Positions 45,759 to 54,338 of a DNA stretch of 64,000 nt are shown here, in pieces. Below the pieces are notes generated by a model. It ran no database searches, had not been told where the DNA came from, and saw only the letters and a list, made by a program, of their open reading frames with translations. Source of the DNA: Candidatus Avelusimicrobium intestinipullorum (lineage in GTDB: Bacteria > Elusimicrobiota > Elusimicrobia > Elusimicrobiales > Elusimicrobiaceae); assembly GCA_944324635.1 (NCBI GenBank), contig CALUXC010000005.1, forward strand, positions 4,691 to 68,690. Reading direction: 5' to 3'. Position numbers and translations under genes: made by a program. Each line of letters starts with the position of its first letter. Positions within the stretch are counted from its first letter, which is position 1.

Positions 45759-47225
45759 ATGAACACATCAGACAATAAAGCCGTGTATTTCAAACGCGAG
45801 GCCCTCAAAAGAGTTGTAGAAGCTTTTGACAAAGGCACGCTGGAAAAAAACGCGTACCGTATCCCTTTTGACGTTATTCCTCCGGATTCCAAATCCGCGG
45901 TGCGCTGCTGTATTTATAAAGAACGGGCCGTTTTCCGCGCCCGCACGCTGGCCGCCATGGGCTGCAGCGTAGAAAAAGACGACGAAGCCACTTCGCTTAA
46001 CGACTATGCCAAGCAGGCGCTCCTGCGCAAAGCCGTGCCCGAAGTGCCGCTGACCGTTATGGACATCGCCTGCAAAGGCTGCGTGAAAGCGCGCCATATC
46101 GTCACCGAAGCGTGCCAAGGCTGTTTGGCCCGCCCGTGCCAGCAGGCGTGCAAATTCGGCGCCATTTCGTTCTCTAACGGCCGCTCCCATATTGATGCCG
46201 ACAAGTGCAAAAACTGCGGCCAGTGCAAAGCCGTCTGTCCGTACAACGCCATTACGTACGTCCCCGTACCGTGCGAACAATCCTGCCCGGTGGACGCTAT
46301 TCATAAAGGCGAAAACGGTTTTGCCGAAATTGATTTTGACAAATGCATCTCCTGCGGGCACTGCATGGACGCTTGTCCGTTCGGCGCCATCATGGAACGC
46401 AGCCAACTGATTGACATCTTGAGCCAAATCCAGAGCAACAATAAAGTTTGCGCCATGATTGCCCCCTCTATTGTGGGCCAGTTTGACTGCACCTTGCCGC
46501 AGCTGATGACCGCCATTAAAAAGGCCGGTTTTGACAAAGTGACCGAAGTGGCCGAAGGGGCCGACATTACCACCGCCAACGAAGCGCGTGAACTGGTGGA
46601 ACGCCTGGAAAACGGCGCCCGCTTTATGACCACGTCTTGCTGTGCGGCTTGGATTCAGGCCGTCAAAAAGCACTTGCCGGCGCTTAAAGAATTTGTCTCG
46701 CACACCAAAACCCCTGCCGCTTACACGGCCGAAATTGAAAAGAAAAACGGCTTTGTAACGGTATTTGTGGGGCCGTGCGTGTCTAAACGCGTAGAAGGCA
46801 TGGAAGACCCGAATATTGACTTTGTAATGACCTACGAAGAACTGGGCGCCATGTTGGATGCCAAAGGCATTAACCCTGCCCAATGCGAAGAAACCCCGCT
46901 GGATCCCAAAATCTCCGGCGAAGCGCGCTACTATGGCGTGACGGGCGGCGTAGCTCAAGCGGTGGAAAATGCCATCGCCGGAAAACGTCCGTTCAAAAAA
47001 ATGGCCATCAACGGATTGGACAAGAAAACGATGATGATCCTCAATGCCTATGCCAAAGGCGCGGGCGACTTCCAGCTCTTAGAAGTAATGAGCTGCAAAG
47101 GCGGCTGCATTGGCGGGCCGTGCACGCTTAAAAAACAAGCGGCCGTTATCAAGCCGATTAAAGACTTGGTAGCGCAGAGCCCCAAAGTGCCGTGCGCATT
47201 GGACGAAAAGAAAGAAGCTAAATAA
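45759..47225 (+). CDS. Monomeric [FeFe]-hydrogenase with N-terminal ferredoxin domains (group B-like)
   Basis: Several CxxCxxCxxxCP motifs; H-cluster motifs TSCCAAW, GPCVSKRVE, EVMSCKGGCIGGP. Confidence 0.85.
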   Translation: MNTSDNKAVYFKREALKRVVEAFDKGTLEKNAYRIPFDVIPPDSKSAVRCCIYKERAVFRARTLAAMGCSVEKDDEATSLNDYAKQALLRKAVPEVPLTVMDIACKGCVKARHIVTEACQGCLARPCQQACKFGAISFSNGRSHIDADKCKNCGQCKAVCPYNAITYVPVPCEQSCPVDAIHKGENGFAEIDFDKCISCGHCMDACPFGAIMERSQLIDILSQIQSNNKVCAMIAPSIVGQFDCTLPQLMTAIKKAGFDKVTEVAEGADITTANEARELVERLENGARFMTTSCCAAWIQAVKKHLPALKEFVSHTKTPAAYTAEIEKKNGFVTVFVGPCVSKRVEGMEDPNIDFVMTYEELGAMLDAKGINPAQCEETPLDPKISGEARYYGVTGGVAQAVENAIAGKRPFKKMAINGLDKKTMMILNAYAKGAGDFQLLEVMSCKGGCIGGPCTLKKQAAVIKPIKDLVAQSPKVPCALDEKKEAK

Positions 47226-47238
47226 AAAGCTTTTTAAG

Positions 47239-47270
47239 AAAAACCCCGCTCCAAAGAGCGGGGTTTTTTT
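47239..47270. terminator. Bidirectional terminator
   Basis: AAAAACCCCGCTC-CAAA-GAGCGGGGTTTTT. Confidence 0.85.
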
Positions 47271-47284
47271 ATAAGAACGAAGAA

Positions 47285-47749
47285 TCAATTAAATACCGTT
47301 ATAGTCAAAACCGGTTGTTTTGCATATTTCTTCACAAAAAGGGTCTTGCGCGTTCCAGTTGCCAAACACACAATCAATCTTGCCCGGTTTATTGGAATGG
47401 TCCAACCACAAGTAGAATACGGCTTACTCATCGGCATCACACACCACACCCAGCCAAAAGACGAATGGTGCAGAATGCATTGATTTTTATCCCAGGATAA
47501 ATAGGACGGATTTCCTGTAGAAATAGTTCCAAAAGGTGTTATTTCCAAATCATTGAAATTTTCGGTATACTTGCCGTTTGACATGTAATACAGCTCTTCT
47601 GCATTTTTGATGTTTTTGGTAATAGGCAACAGCTTCATCATGCGGCTCTTAGCAACGGCTTTTTGATATTGCGGCAGAGCTACCGCGGCCAAAATACCGA
47701 TAATCAGTACCACTACAAGCAATTCTATTAGCGTAAACCCTTTCCCCAT
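47285..47749 (-). pseudogene. Type IV pilin (PilE-like) with an apparent frameshift near 47420
   Basis: G|FTLIELLVVVLIIGILAAVALPQY N-terminus; a pilin-like Cys-containing C-terminus lies in another frame (47423-47289). Confidence 0.65.
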
Positions 47750-47815
47750 TATTATCCCCCTAATAAAAAGCTGCTATAATATAGCAATTCTATGCATAAC
47801 TCGGAACTTGTCCAT

Positions 47816-47845
47816 AAAAAACCCCGCTCGTAAAAGCGGGGTTTG
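47816..47845 (-). terminator. Terminator after rpsI
   Basis: AAAAAACCCCGCT / AGCGGGGTTT. Confidence 0.8.
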
Positions 47846-47877
47846 TAAAACATATCCTGCAAGTTTCCAGCCAACGA

Positions 47878-48273
47878 TTAACGTTTGGAGAACTGGAAGC
47901 GTTTGCGGGCGCCGGGCTGACCGGGTTTCTTTCTTTCCACCATACGAGGATCGCGGGTAAGATAACCGGCTTTTTTCACGGCTTTTTTCAGATCTTCGCT
48001 GATCGCGGCCAAAGAGCGCGCAATCGCATGGCGCAGGGCGCCGGCTTGGGAGGACACGCCGCCGCCGATTACTTTGGCGTTCACGTCGTATTCTTTTTCC
48101 AAGTTGGTCACCACGAGCGGCGCCTTAACGGCGGCTTTGCAGCGGGCGTGGTTGCCGAAATATTCGTCCAAGGATTTGGCGTTCACGGTGATGACGCCTT
48201 TACCTTTCAAAAGTTCTACCTGGGCGACGGAGGTTTTTCTTCTTCCGGTTTTGAGTTCTTTCGTATTGTTCAT
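47878..48273 (-). CDS. rpsI: 30S ribosomal protein S9
   Basis: TGRRKTSVAQV, GGGVSSQAGALRH, LTRDPRMVERKKPG..ARKRFQFSKR. Confidence 0.98.
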   Translation of the reverse strand: MNNTKELKTGRRKTSVAQVELLKGKGVITVNAKSLDEYFGNHARCKAAVKAPLVVTNLEKEYDVNAKVIGGGVSSQAGALRHAIARSLAAISEDLKKAVKKAGYLTRDPRMVERKKPGQPGARKRFQFSKR

Positions 48274-48288
48274 AAATTTCTATCCCTC

Positions 48289-48714
48289 TTATTTACCAAA
48301 GCGTTCGGTGAAGGCGTGTTCTTCGCCGGCGAACAGTCTCAAGCGTTTCATTCTGGGCGCGCGGAGTTTGTTTTCGTCCAACATTCTCTTCACGGCCAAT
48401 TCCAATACTCTGGTGGGGTTCTTTTCCAACATTCTTTTCACGGGCGTTTCTTTGGCGCCTTTGGCGTAACCGGAGTGAGAGAAGTACACCTTCTGTTCCA
48501 TTTTGTTACCGGTCAATTTGATTTTGCCGGCATTGGTGACGACGACGAAGTCGCCGCAGTCCATATGAGGCGTATAGGTTCTTTTGTGTTTGCCCATAAG
48601 CAAGACGGCAATCTGAGAAGCCAATCTGCCCAAGGTCTGGCCCGTGGCGTCAATGTGATGCCATTTGCGGGTGGTTTCAACTTCCTTGACGGAAGGCAAA
48701 AAAGTTTTTGTCAT
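48289..48714 (-). CDS. rplM: 50S ribosomal protein L13
   Basis: WHHIDATGQTLGRLAS, KHKRTYTPHMDCGDFVVVTNA, HSGY. Confidence 0.98.
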   Translation of the reverse strand: MTKTFLPSVKEVETTRKWHHIDATGQTLGRLASQIAVLLMGKHKRTYTPHMDCGDFVVVTNAGKIKLTGNKMEQKVYFSHSGYAKGAKETPVKRMLEKNPTRVLELAVKRMLDENKLRAPRMKRLRLFAGEEHAFTERFGK

Positions 48715-48745
48715 AATTTTTGTTTCTACCTTTGTAATTAATGCG

Positions 48746-48797
48746 CAGCGGAGTGGTGGCCGCTGTCTTAATGACTCGTGGTTTCCTATATATTATA
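48746..48797 (-). promoter_or_regulatory. rplM promoter -10 (TATAAT, 48792-48797) and a short leader hairpin (48746-48765)
   Basis: ATTATA on + strand; CAGCGG/CCGCTG stem in the 5' UTR. Confidence 0.35.
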
Positions 48798-48824
48798 TCA
48801 AAATTTACGTTTTTTTATATGCTT

Positions 48825-49802
48825 TTATTGCAGGCGGGCTAACGTTTGAGCAAACAGGCTTTCTATATCGGCCAAAGCGTCCAGCCGAACAAACGTCCCT
48901 CGTACGTCGGCCGCGTTGGGGAAATCCTTAATCCAATACCCGGCCGTTTTACGGCTGCGGTTTACGCCAATACGTTCCCCATAATAGGCCACATTCTCGC
49001 GGATTAAATCCAAATAAATGCCCAGGCGAAACGCCGGGGAATGGGTGGAGGGCGTTTTGCCCGCAAAGGCGTCTATAATGTCTTGAAAAATAAACGGGTT
49101 TCCCACCGCGCCGCGCCCAATCATCACGCCGGCGCAACCGGCCTCAAAAAATTTTTCGGCAAGGGCCGCGTCCATTACTCCCCCGTTCCCTATAACGGGG
49201 ATTTTCACCGCCGCGCACGCTTCGGCCAAGGCCGGGATATTGGGCGGGCCGCTGTGCACGTCCACCGCGGCGCGGGCATGCAGCACCACGGCCGAGGCGC
49301 CGGCGTTTTCCGCCAGTTTAGCAAGTCTTGCCCCCAGCAGTTCTTTATGCGTAAGCGCTACGCGCGTTTTGAGCGTAACGGGGATTTTGACGCTTTTTAC
49401 TGCGGCTTCCACCAAACGGCCCAGTTTGGCTTCGTCTTTCATCAGCACGCAGCCGGCTCCCGCTTTATTAATTTTTTTAACGGGGCACCCCGCATTCAAA
49501 TCCACGATATCGGCCCCTTGGGCTTCGGCATTGCGGGCGGCCTCGGCAATAGTGGCTTCGTCCGAACCAAAAATTTGCATGGAAACGGGGTGCTCTTTGG
49601 GGTTCACCTGCAGCATACGGCCGCTTTTTTCGTTGCCGTAATGCAGCGCGTGGGCGGACACCATTTCCGCGCACACAATTCCCGCCCCGCCTTTCAAGCA
49701 CAATACACGAAAGGGCGAATCCGTGATGCCCGCCATGGGCGCGAGCAACAAATTATTGGCAGCCGTAAAAGAGCCTATCGTAAGGGGGCGAATGGGGTTC
49801 AT
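48825..49802 (-). CDS. dusB: tRNA-dihydrouridine synthase
   Basis: LAPMAGITD, DLNAGCP, VTLKTR, LHAR, GNGGV, MIGRGAVGNP. Confidence 0.92.
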   Translation of the reverse strand: MNPIRPLTIGSFTAANNLLLAPMAGITDSPFRVLCLKGGAGIVCAEMVSAHALHYGNEKSGRMLQVNPKEHPVSMQIFGSDEATIAEAARNAEAQGADIVDLNAGCPVKKINKAGAGCVLMKDEAKLGRLVEAAVKSVKIPVTLKTRVALTHKELLGARLAKLAENAGASAVVLHARAAVDVHSGPPNIPALAEACAAVKIPVIGNGGVMDAALAEKFFEAGCAGVMIGRGAVGNPFIFQDIIDAFAGKTPSTHSPAFRLGIYLDLIRENVAYYGERIGVNRSRKTAGYWIKDFPNAADVRGTFVRLDALADIESLFAQTLARLQ

Positions 49803-51289
49803 GGTACTTTCTTCCAGCGGCCCAACTCGGGCGCCAGCACCGTTTTTTGGCGGGCCAGGCAGGAGCGCATAATTTGGCGGGCTTCCACAAAAGTGTTTTT
49901 GAATTCCAGCGAATCAATAAATTCGTCGTGCCCGAATCCGCCGGCCAGTACATGGTCCGTTACGGCAAAGCGGTATGTTTCCTGCGGGCGAATGACGCGG
50001 CCGTTATCCAGCGTGATGCGGCGGATTTTTTTGCCATTTGGCGTAACGGCATACGCTACGGAAAAGCCGGCAATCTGCGGAAAATTGTCTTTGGCATTGA
50101 GGGAAGCTTCCATCGCTCTTAAAAAGGCTTCGCCTTTAATGGTGATGAAAGTGATATTGTCCCCATACGGGTACGCTTTATACAAATCATATTCCGACAA
50201 TCTGCCCTCCGGCAAGGCACTGCGGATAGAGTCCGAATTGAGAATGGCGCCGTCCAGCCTGGACCATTTATACAAGCACTGCGCCAACAAATCCCCCAAC
50301 GCCGATTCCTGCGACAGGGAGGTGCCGATGGCACGGGGCAACTCGGCCACGCGCGCGTTCATTTTTTTGCGCGTAGCGGCTCGCAGTTCCGCCGCGTGCG
50401 AAGCGATTTCGGCGTCCGCGCCAAAAGAATCTTTCAGCAGGGCCACGTCTTCAAACAACACGTCGCGAAGCTGTTTGTTTTTATCAAAAGACAGGCGGAT
50501 ATGGCCCACGCTGTCCAACTTAGAGCCGGGATATACGATAAACGTTTTGTTGAGGCGGTCGGTCTCGGCGTTTTCGCGGTCTTTGTTGGAGCTTAAAATA
50601 AGGTCTATACCGGGGATTTCTTCGGCCAGGGTGGTTTCGCTGACGCTGTTTTTCTGCGCGGCGCCCAGCGAGCTAAGCACGATAATATAGTCCACCCCTT
50701 TTTCTTTCAGAAGGGCCGTCATTTCCCGCGCCGTTTCCAGCGGGTCCAGGGCCTGCAGGCCCAGCAAGCGGGATTTGTTTTTATTGATGGTTTGCTGGTC
50801 AATAATGCCAAACAACCCGATTTTAATGCCCTTTACGTTGCGGATTTGATAATCGTGCATGGGCCAGGGAATTTGGTTTTCAAGCCGCAGGTTGGAAGCT
50901 ACAAACGGATACGGAAGCTCCCGCACGATTTCGCGCAAAGACGGCCAGCCGTAGGCCAAATCTTTATCGCTGATGGTACCCGCCGTATAAGGAAGGGTGC
51001 GCGCCAGCTCGGCCACGTAGGCGCCTTTGGTCATGGTGCCTTCCGGCGCGGAACCGAACCAGTTGCCGCCGTCAAAAAGGAGGAACTCCCCTTCGCGGCT
51101 ATGTAAAAAATTCTTTAATATGGCGTATCCGCCGGCCTCGCGGTTATCCCAGCGAGGTTCCGGGCGGGACCAGTAAAAGCCCTGTACGTCTGCCGTATAA
51201 TAAACGTCAATGTTGGTTAAATTTTCCCGTCCGCAGCCGCCCGCCAACACCAAAGCGGCCATCAGCCAAAATATCTTTTTCACACGCAT
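49799..51289 (-). CDS. 5'-nucleotidase-like lipoprotein with degenerate metal-binding motifs
   Basis: Lipobox LAGGC; ADVQG, DGGN, SDKD and SNKD replace DxHG, GD, GNHE and GHxH; C-terminal nucleotidase domain retained (NSDSIR, YPYGD). Confidence 0.75.
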   Translation of the reverse strand: MRVKKIFWLMAALVLAGGCGRENLTNIDVYYTADVQGFYWSRPEPRWDNREAGGYAILKNFLHSREGEFLLFDGGNWFGSAPEGTMTKGAYVAELARTLPYTAGTISDKDLAYGWPSLREIVRELPYPFVASNLRLENQIPWPMHDYQIRNVKGIKIGLFGIIDQQTINKNKSRLLGLQALDPLETAREMTALLKEKGVDYIIVLSSLGAAQKNSVSETTLAEEIPGIDLILSSNKDRENAETDRLNKTFIVYPGSKLDSVGHIRLSFDKNKQLRDVLFEDVALLKDSFGADAEIASHAAELRAATRKKMNARVAELPRAIGTSLSQESALGDLLAQCLYKWSRLDGAILNSDSIRSALPEGRLSEYDLYKAYPYGDNITFITIKGEAFLRAMEASLNAKDNFPQIAGFSVAYAVTPNGKKIRRITLDNGRVIRPQETYRFAVTDHVLAGGFGHDEFIDSLEFKNTFVEARQIMRSCLARQKTVLAPELGRWKKVP

Positions 51290-51290
51290 A

Positions 51291-52754
51291 TTACCGCCGA
51301 ATAATTCTCCCCGTATCGGGCGGAACCGCCGGCCCTTTGCGAAGCGCTTCTTCCATCAGGTCGCGAATGGTTTTCGTCCCGGCCAGTTTCTTATCCTTGG
51401 CAGGCACGCGCTTAAACATCCACCCTTCGCTGCCGCCGCCTGCAATATAGGAGTTGGTGGCCAGAGTGTATTTTTTGCGATTTTCCACCGGTTTTCCGTC
51501 CACGAAAATTTCCAGCCCTTTAATTTTGCCTTTTTTGGTTTGCTTATAAGTAATCGTCAAACCGGAATAGCTGTAGAGGCTGTTGGGAGCAAAACTTTTT
51601 TTGATGAATTTTTTAAGAAATTTACCGTCCACCGTCACCAACGTGATGGTGTTGTCAAAGGGGTGAATGTCAATCAAATCCCGTTTGGTAACGGGGCCTT
51701 TTTGCATATCCACACGGGTACCGCCGTTATTGTGCACGGCAATCTGCGCACCGGAATACGCACGGACCAAATCGGCAATCCAGTTATTAAGTGCGGCGTC
51801 CTGCCGGTCTTCTGCTTGGGGCAGGCGGCTGAGCAAAGCGGTGGCGTTCCCCAGCACTTCGTCCACTCCCGGTTCCCGCAAGGAATCGGCATACGCTTTT
51901 ACTTCTTCGTCCTCGCCGGTTTTGGCAAGCACCAGCGGAATCAGTTCCGACTTGGCAGACACAAACTTGCCGGTTTTATCGTCCGTTTCCACGCTCACGC
52001 GGCTGACGTTTTTCAAATAACAGCCGCTTTCCACAAACAAGGTGCCGTTTCTGTATTCGTTTTGAAAAATATTATGCGCATGTCCGCCCAGCACCACATG
52101 CACCCGCCCGCCAAATTTGCGGCCGATATCTTCTACATAAGACTGCGTGCCGTGCTTTTCGTCCTGCAAAGAGTCATGCACCAGCACCACCACCACATTG
52201 GGTTCTTTGGCTTCCACTTCTTTGAGGGCTTTTTCCAGCGCGTCCAGCGGTTTGCCGTACGTGTAGAGTTTGGACGGATTCGTCGGTTCCCGATTGGCTA
52301 ACCCAATTACCGCCACTTTCACGCCGTTTTCGTCAAACACTTTATAAGGAAGCACGGAAGGCGGATATTTGCCGGTGGCCGTTTCAAAAAAGTTGGCAGC
52401 CAAAACGGCAAACTGTGCATTGGTTAAAAGCGGGGCCAGGCCTTCGCCCTTAAAATCAAATTCATGGTTGCCGATGGTGGCCGCGTCGTAGCTCAGGCGG
52501 TTCATCATCTGCACGCCTTTGAGGCCTTTGGAGTTGCGGGTTTCCACCGTGCCGTTGGCAAAGTCGCCGCTGTCCAAGAGCAAGTAGCTTTCGGGGCCGC
52601 TTTTTAGCACCGCCGCTAAAGCGGCAAACCCGCCCTGACCGTCTTTGGGATAGAAAAATCCGTGCACATCACTGGTGTGATAGATGGTAGTTGTTTTAGC
52701 CAGCAAAAGAACCGGCAGCAACAGTAACGCCAAAAACAGCCAGGTTTTTTTCAT
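51291..52754 (-). CDS. Secreted 5'-nucleotidase / UDP-sugar hydrolase (UshA-like)
   Basis: HTSDVHG, DSGDF, GNHEF, GGHAH, NNGGTR, HPFDN. Confidence 0.9.
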   Translation of the reverse strand: MKKTWLFLALLLLPVLLLAKTTTIYHTSDVHGFFYPKDGQGGFAALAAVLKSGPESYLLLDSGDFANGTVETRNSKGLKGVQMMNRLSYDAATIGNHEFDFKGEGLAPLLTNAQFAVLAANFFETATGKYPPSVLPYKVFDENGVKVAVIGLANREPTNPSKLYTYGKPLDALEKALKEVEAKEPNVVVVLVHDSLQDEKHGTQSYVEDIGRKFGGRVHVVLGGHAHNIFQNEYRNGTLFVESGCYLKNVSRVSVETDDKTGKFVSAKSELIPLVLAKTGEDEEVKAYADSLREPGVDEVLGNATALLSRLPQAEDRQDAALNNWIADLVRAYSGAQIAVHNNGGTRVDMQKGPVTKRDLIDIHPFDNTITLVTVDGKFLKKFIKKSFAPNSLYSYSGLTITYKQTKKGKIKGLEIFVDGKPVENRKKYTLATNSYIAGGGSEGWMFKRVPAKDKKLAGTKTIRDLMEEALRKGPAVPPDTGRIIRR

Positions 52755-52827
52755 AGTTTTTCTCCTCTAGGCATAGGAATAATTTTATGGTAACAAAAAC
52801 ATCTTCCCCGTTCAAGCCGCGCGCCGT

Positions 52828-54291
52828 CTATTTTTCGCGGATACGGCCCGTTTCGGGCGGGGTTAAAAGACCGCGTTTCAAATCGTCTTCCAAAATTTGG
52901 CGCATAGTTTTCGTTCCGGCCGGCTGTACCGCGGCGGAAGGAAGCGTCTTAAACAGTTTGCCTTCGCTCCCCCCTCCAGCAATATAAGAATTAAGAGCAA
53001 GCGTATATTCTTTATCCGCCTGCAGGCGTTCTGTGCCGACCCAAATCTTTACGTTTTTAATTTTGCCTTTTTTGGTTTTTACGTACGACACGCTCAACCC
53101 CGAAAAAGCAAGCCGCGTCCACGGCACGAGTCCGCCTTTTACCAGTTTTTCCAAAAAATCCCCGCTTACGCGCGCTGTTACGACGGTATTGTCAAACGGA
53201 TACAAATCAATAATATCTCGGCGGGAAATGTCCCCTTTGGGCAAGCCCACACGCGCCCCGCCCGTGTTGTGAATGCACACATCGGCTTTAGCATAGCGGC
53301 AGGTGGCATCGGCCACCCAGTTGTCCACGGCGGAGTCCATATGCCCGGGAATAAACGATTTCTTGCCCAAAGCCGCGGCCGTTTGCCCGATTTTTTCATC
53401 TACATCTTTTTCGCGGATAGATTCGGCATATTTTTTGATTTTTTTATCTTCGCCCGTTTGCTTTATGTCCAGCGCTATCAGCTCCGACTTTGCCGAAAGG
53501 AATTTACCCGTTTTGTCATCAAACTGAAGCGTCACCCGCGTTACGTTTTGAAAATTGCTCCCGCTCTCGGCAAATAGAATGCCGCCGCGGTATTCGTTTT
53601 GAAAAATTTTGTGCGCGTGCCCGCCCAGCACCAAGTGCACCCGCCCGCCAAATTGGCGGCCAATGTCCCCTATATAGTTAGGGGAACCGGGGCGGTCGTC
53701 CGCCAGGGAATCATGTACCAACACCACTACTGCGGCAGGGCGGGACGGAGCCAGCTCCTGCAGGGCTTTCTCCAGCGCGGGAAGGGGTTTAGTAAACTGG
53801 TATTTTTCGCTTTTTTTGGTGGGGTTGCGGTTTGCAAGCCCAATCACCGCCACTTTCACCCCGTTTACTTTATAGATTTTATACGCTTTAACCCCTTTAG
53901 GAAGGGTGCCGTTTTTATCGGTCAAGTTGGCGGCCAGCACATCAAATTTAGCCACCCCCATGATATGGTCAAACCCTTCATCGCGAAAAGCAAATTCATG
54001 GTTGCCCACAGTTGCCGCATCATAACCCAGGCGGTTCATCAAATGCACGGCTTTTAAGCCGTTGGAACGCTGTGTTTCCACCGTGCCTTCGGCAAAGTCC
54101 CCACCGTCTAGCAAAAGGTATTTCTTGGGGCCGTTTTTTAGTACGGCCTCCAGGGCGGCCGCACCGCCGAGGTTATTTTTGGGATAGAAAAATCCGTGCG
54201 TGTCACTGGTGTGATAAAGGGTAACTTCCGTTGCCCCGGTAAAAATGGCACAGCAAAAAATTCCGATAAGCAATAAAACTTTTTTCATCAA
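52828..54291 (-). CDS. Secreted 5'-nucleotidase / UDP-sugar hydrolase (UshA-like), paralog
   Basis: HTSDTHG, DGGDF, GNHEF, GGHAH, NTGGAR, YPFDN. Confidence 0.9.
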   Translation of the reverse strand: MMKKVLLLIGIFCCAIFTGATEVTLYHTSDTHGFFYPKNNLGGAAALEAVLKNGPKKYLLLDGGDFAEGTVETQRSNGLKAVHLMNRLGYDAATVGNHEFAFRDEGFDHIMGVAKFDVLAANLTDKNGTLPKGVKAYKIYKVNGVKVAVIGLANRNPTKKSEKYQFTKPLPALEKALQELAPSRPAAVVVLVHDSLADDRPGSPNYIGDIGRQFGGRVHLVLGGHAHKIFQNEYRGGILFAESGSNFQNVTRVTLQFDDKTGKFLSAKSELIALDIKQTGEDKKIKKYAESIREKDVDEKIGQTAAALGKKSFIPGHMDSAVDNWVADATCRYAKADVCIHNTGGARVGLPKGDISRRDIIDLYPFDNTVVTARVSGDFLEKLVKGGLVPWTRLAFSGLSVSYVKTKKGKIKNVKIWVGTERLQADKEYTLALNSYIAGGGSEGKLFKTLPSAAVQPAGTKTMRQILEDDLKRGLLTPPETGRIREK

Positions 54292-54338
54292 TACCCCGTG
54301 TATATAAAGAACCGCGCCCTGTATCGAGCGCGGTAAAA

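Noticed and set aside
25093-47845. Recurrent AAAAACCCCG...CGGGGTTTTT elements as a mobile REP/MITE family
   Set aside because: Each occurs singly at a gene end with different inner stems and loops; ordinary intrinsic terminators explain them
49041-50690. 549-aa plus-strand ORF, and similar long antisense ORFs such as 14838-16025, 45768-46958, 51210-52301 and 40643-41476
   Set aside because: Antisense shadows of well-supported genes in GC-rich DNA; no motifs or plausible composition
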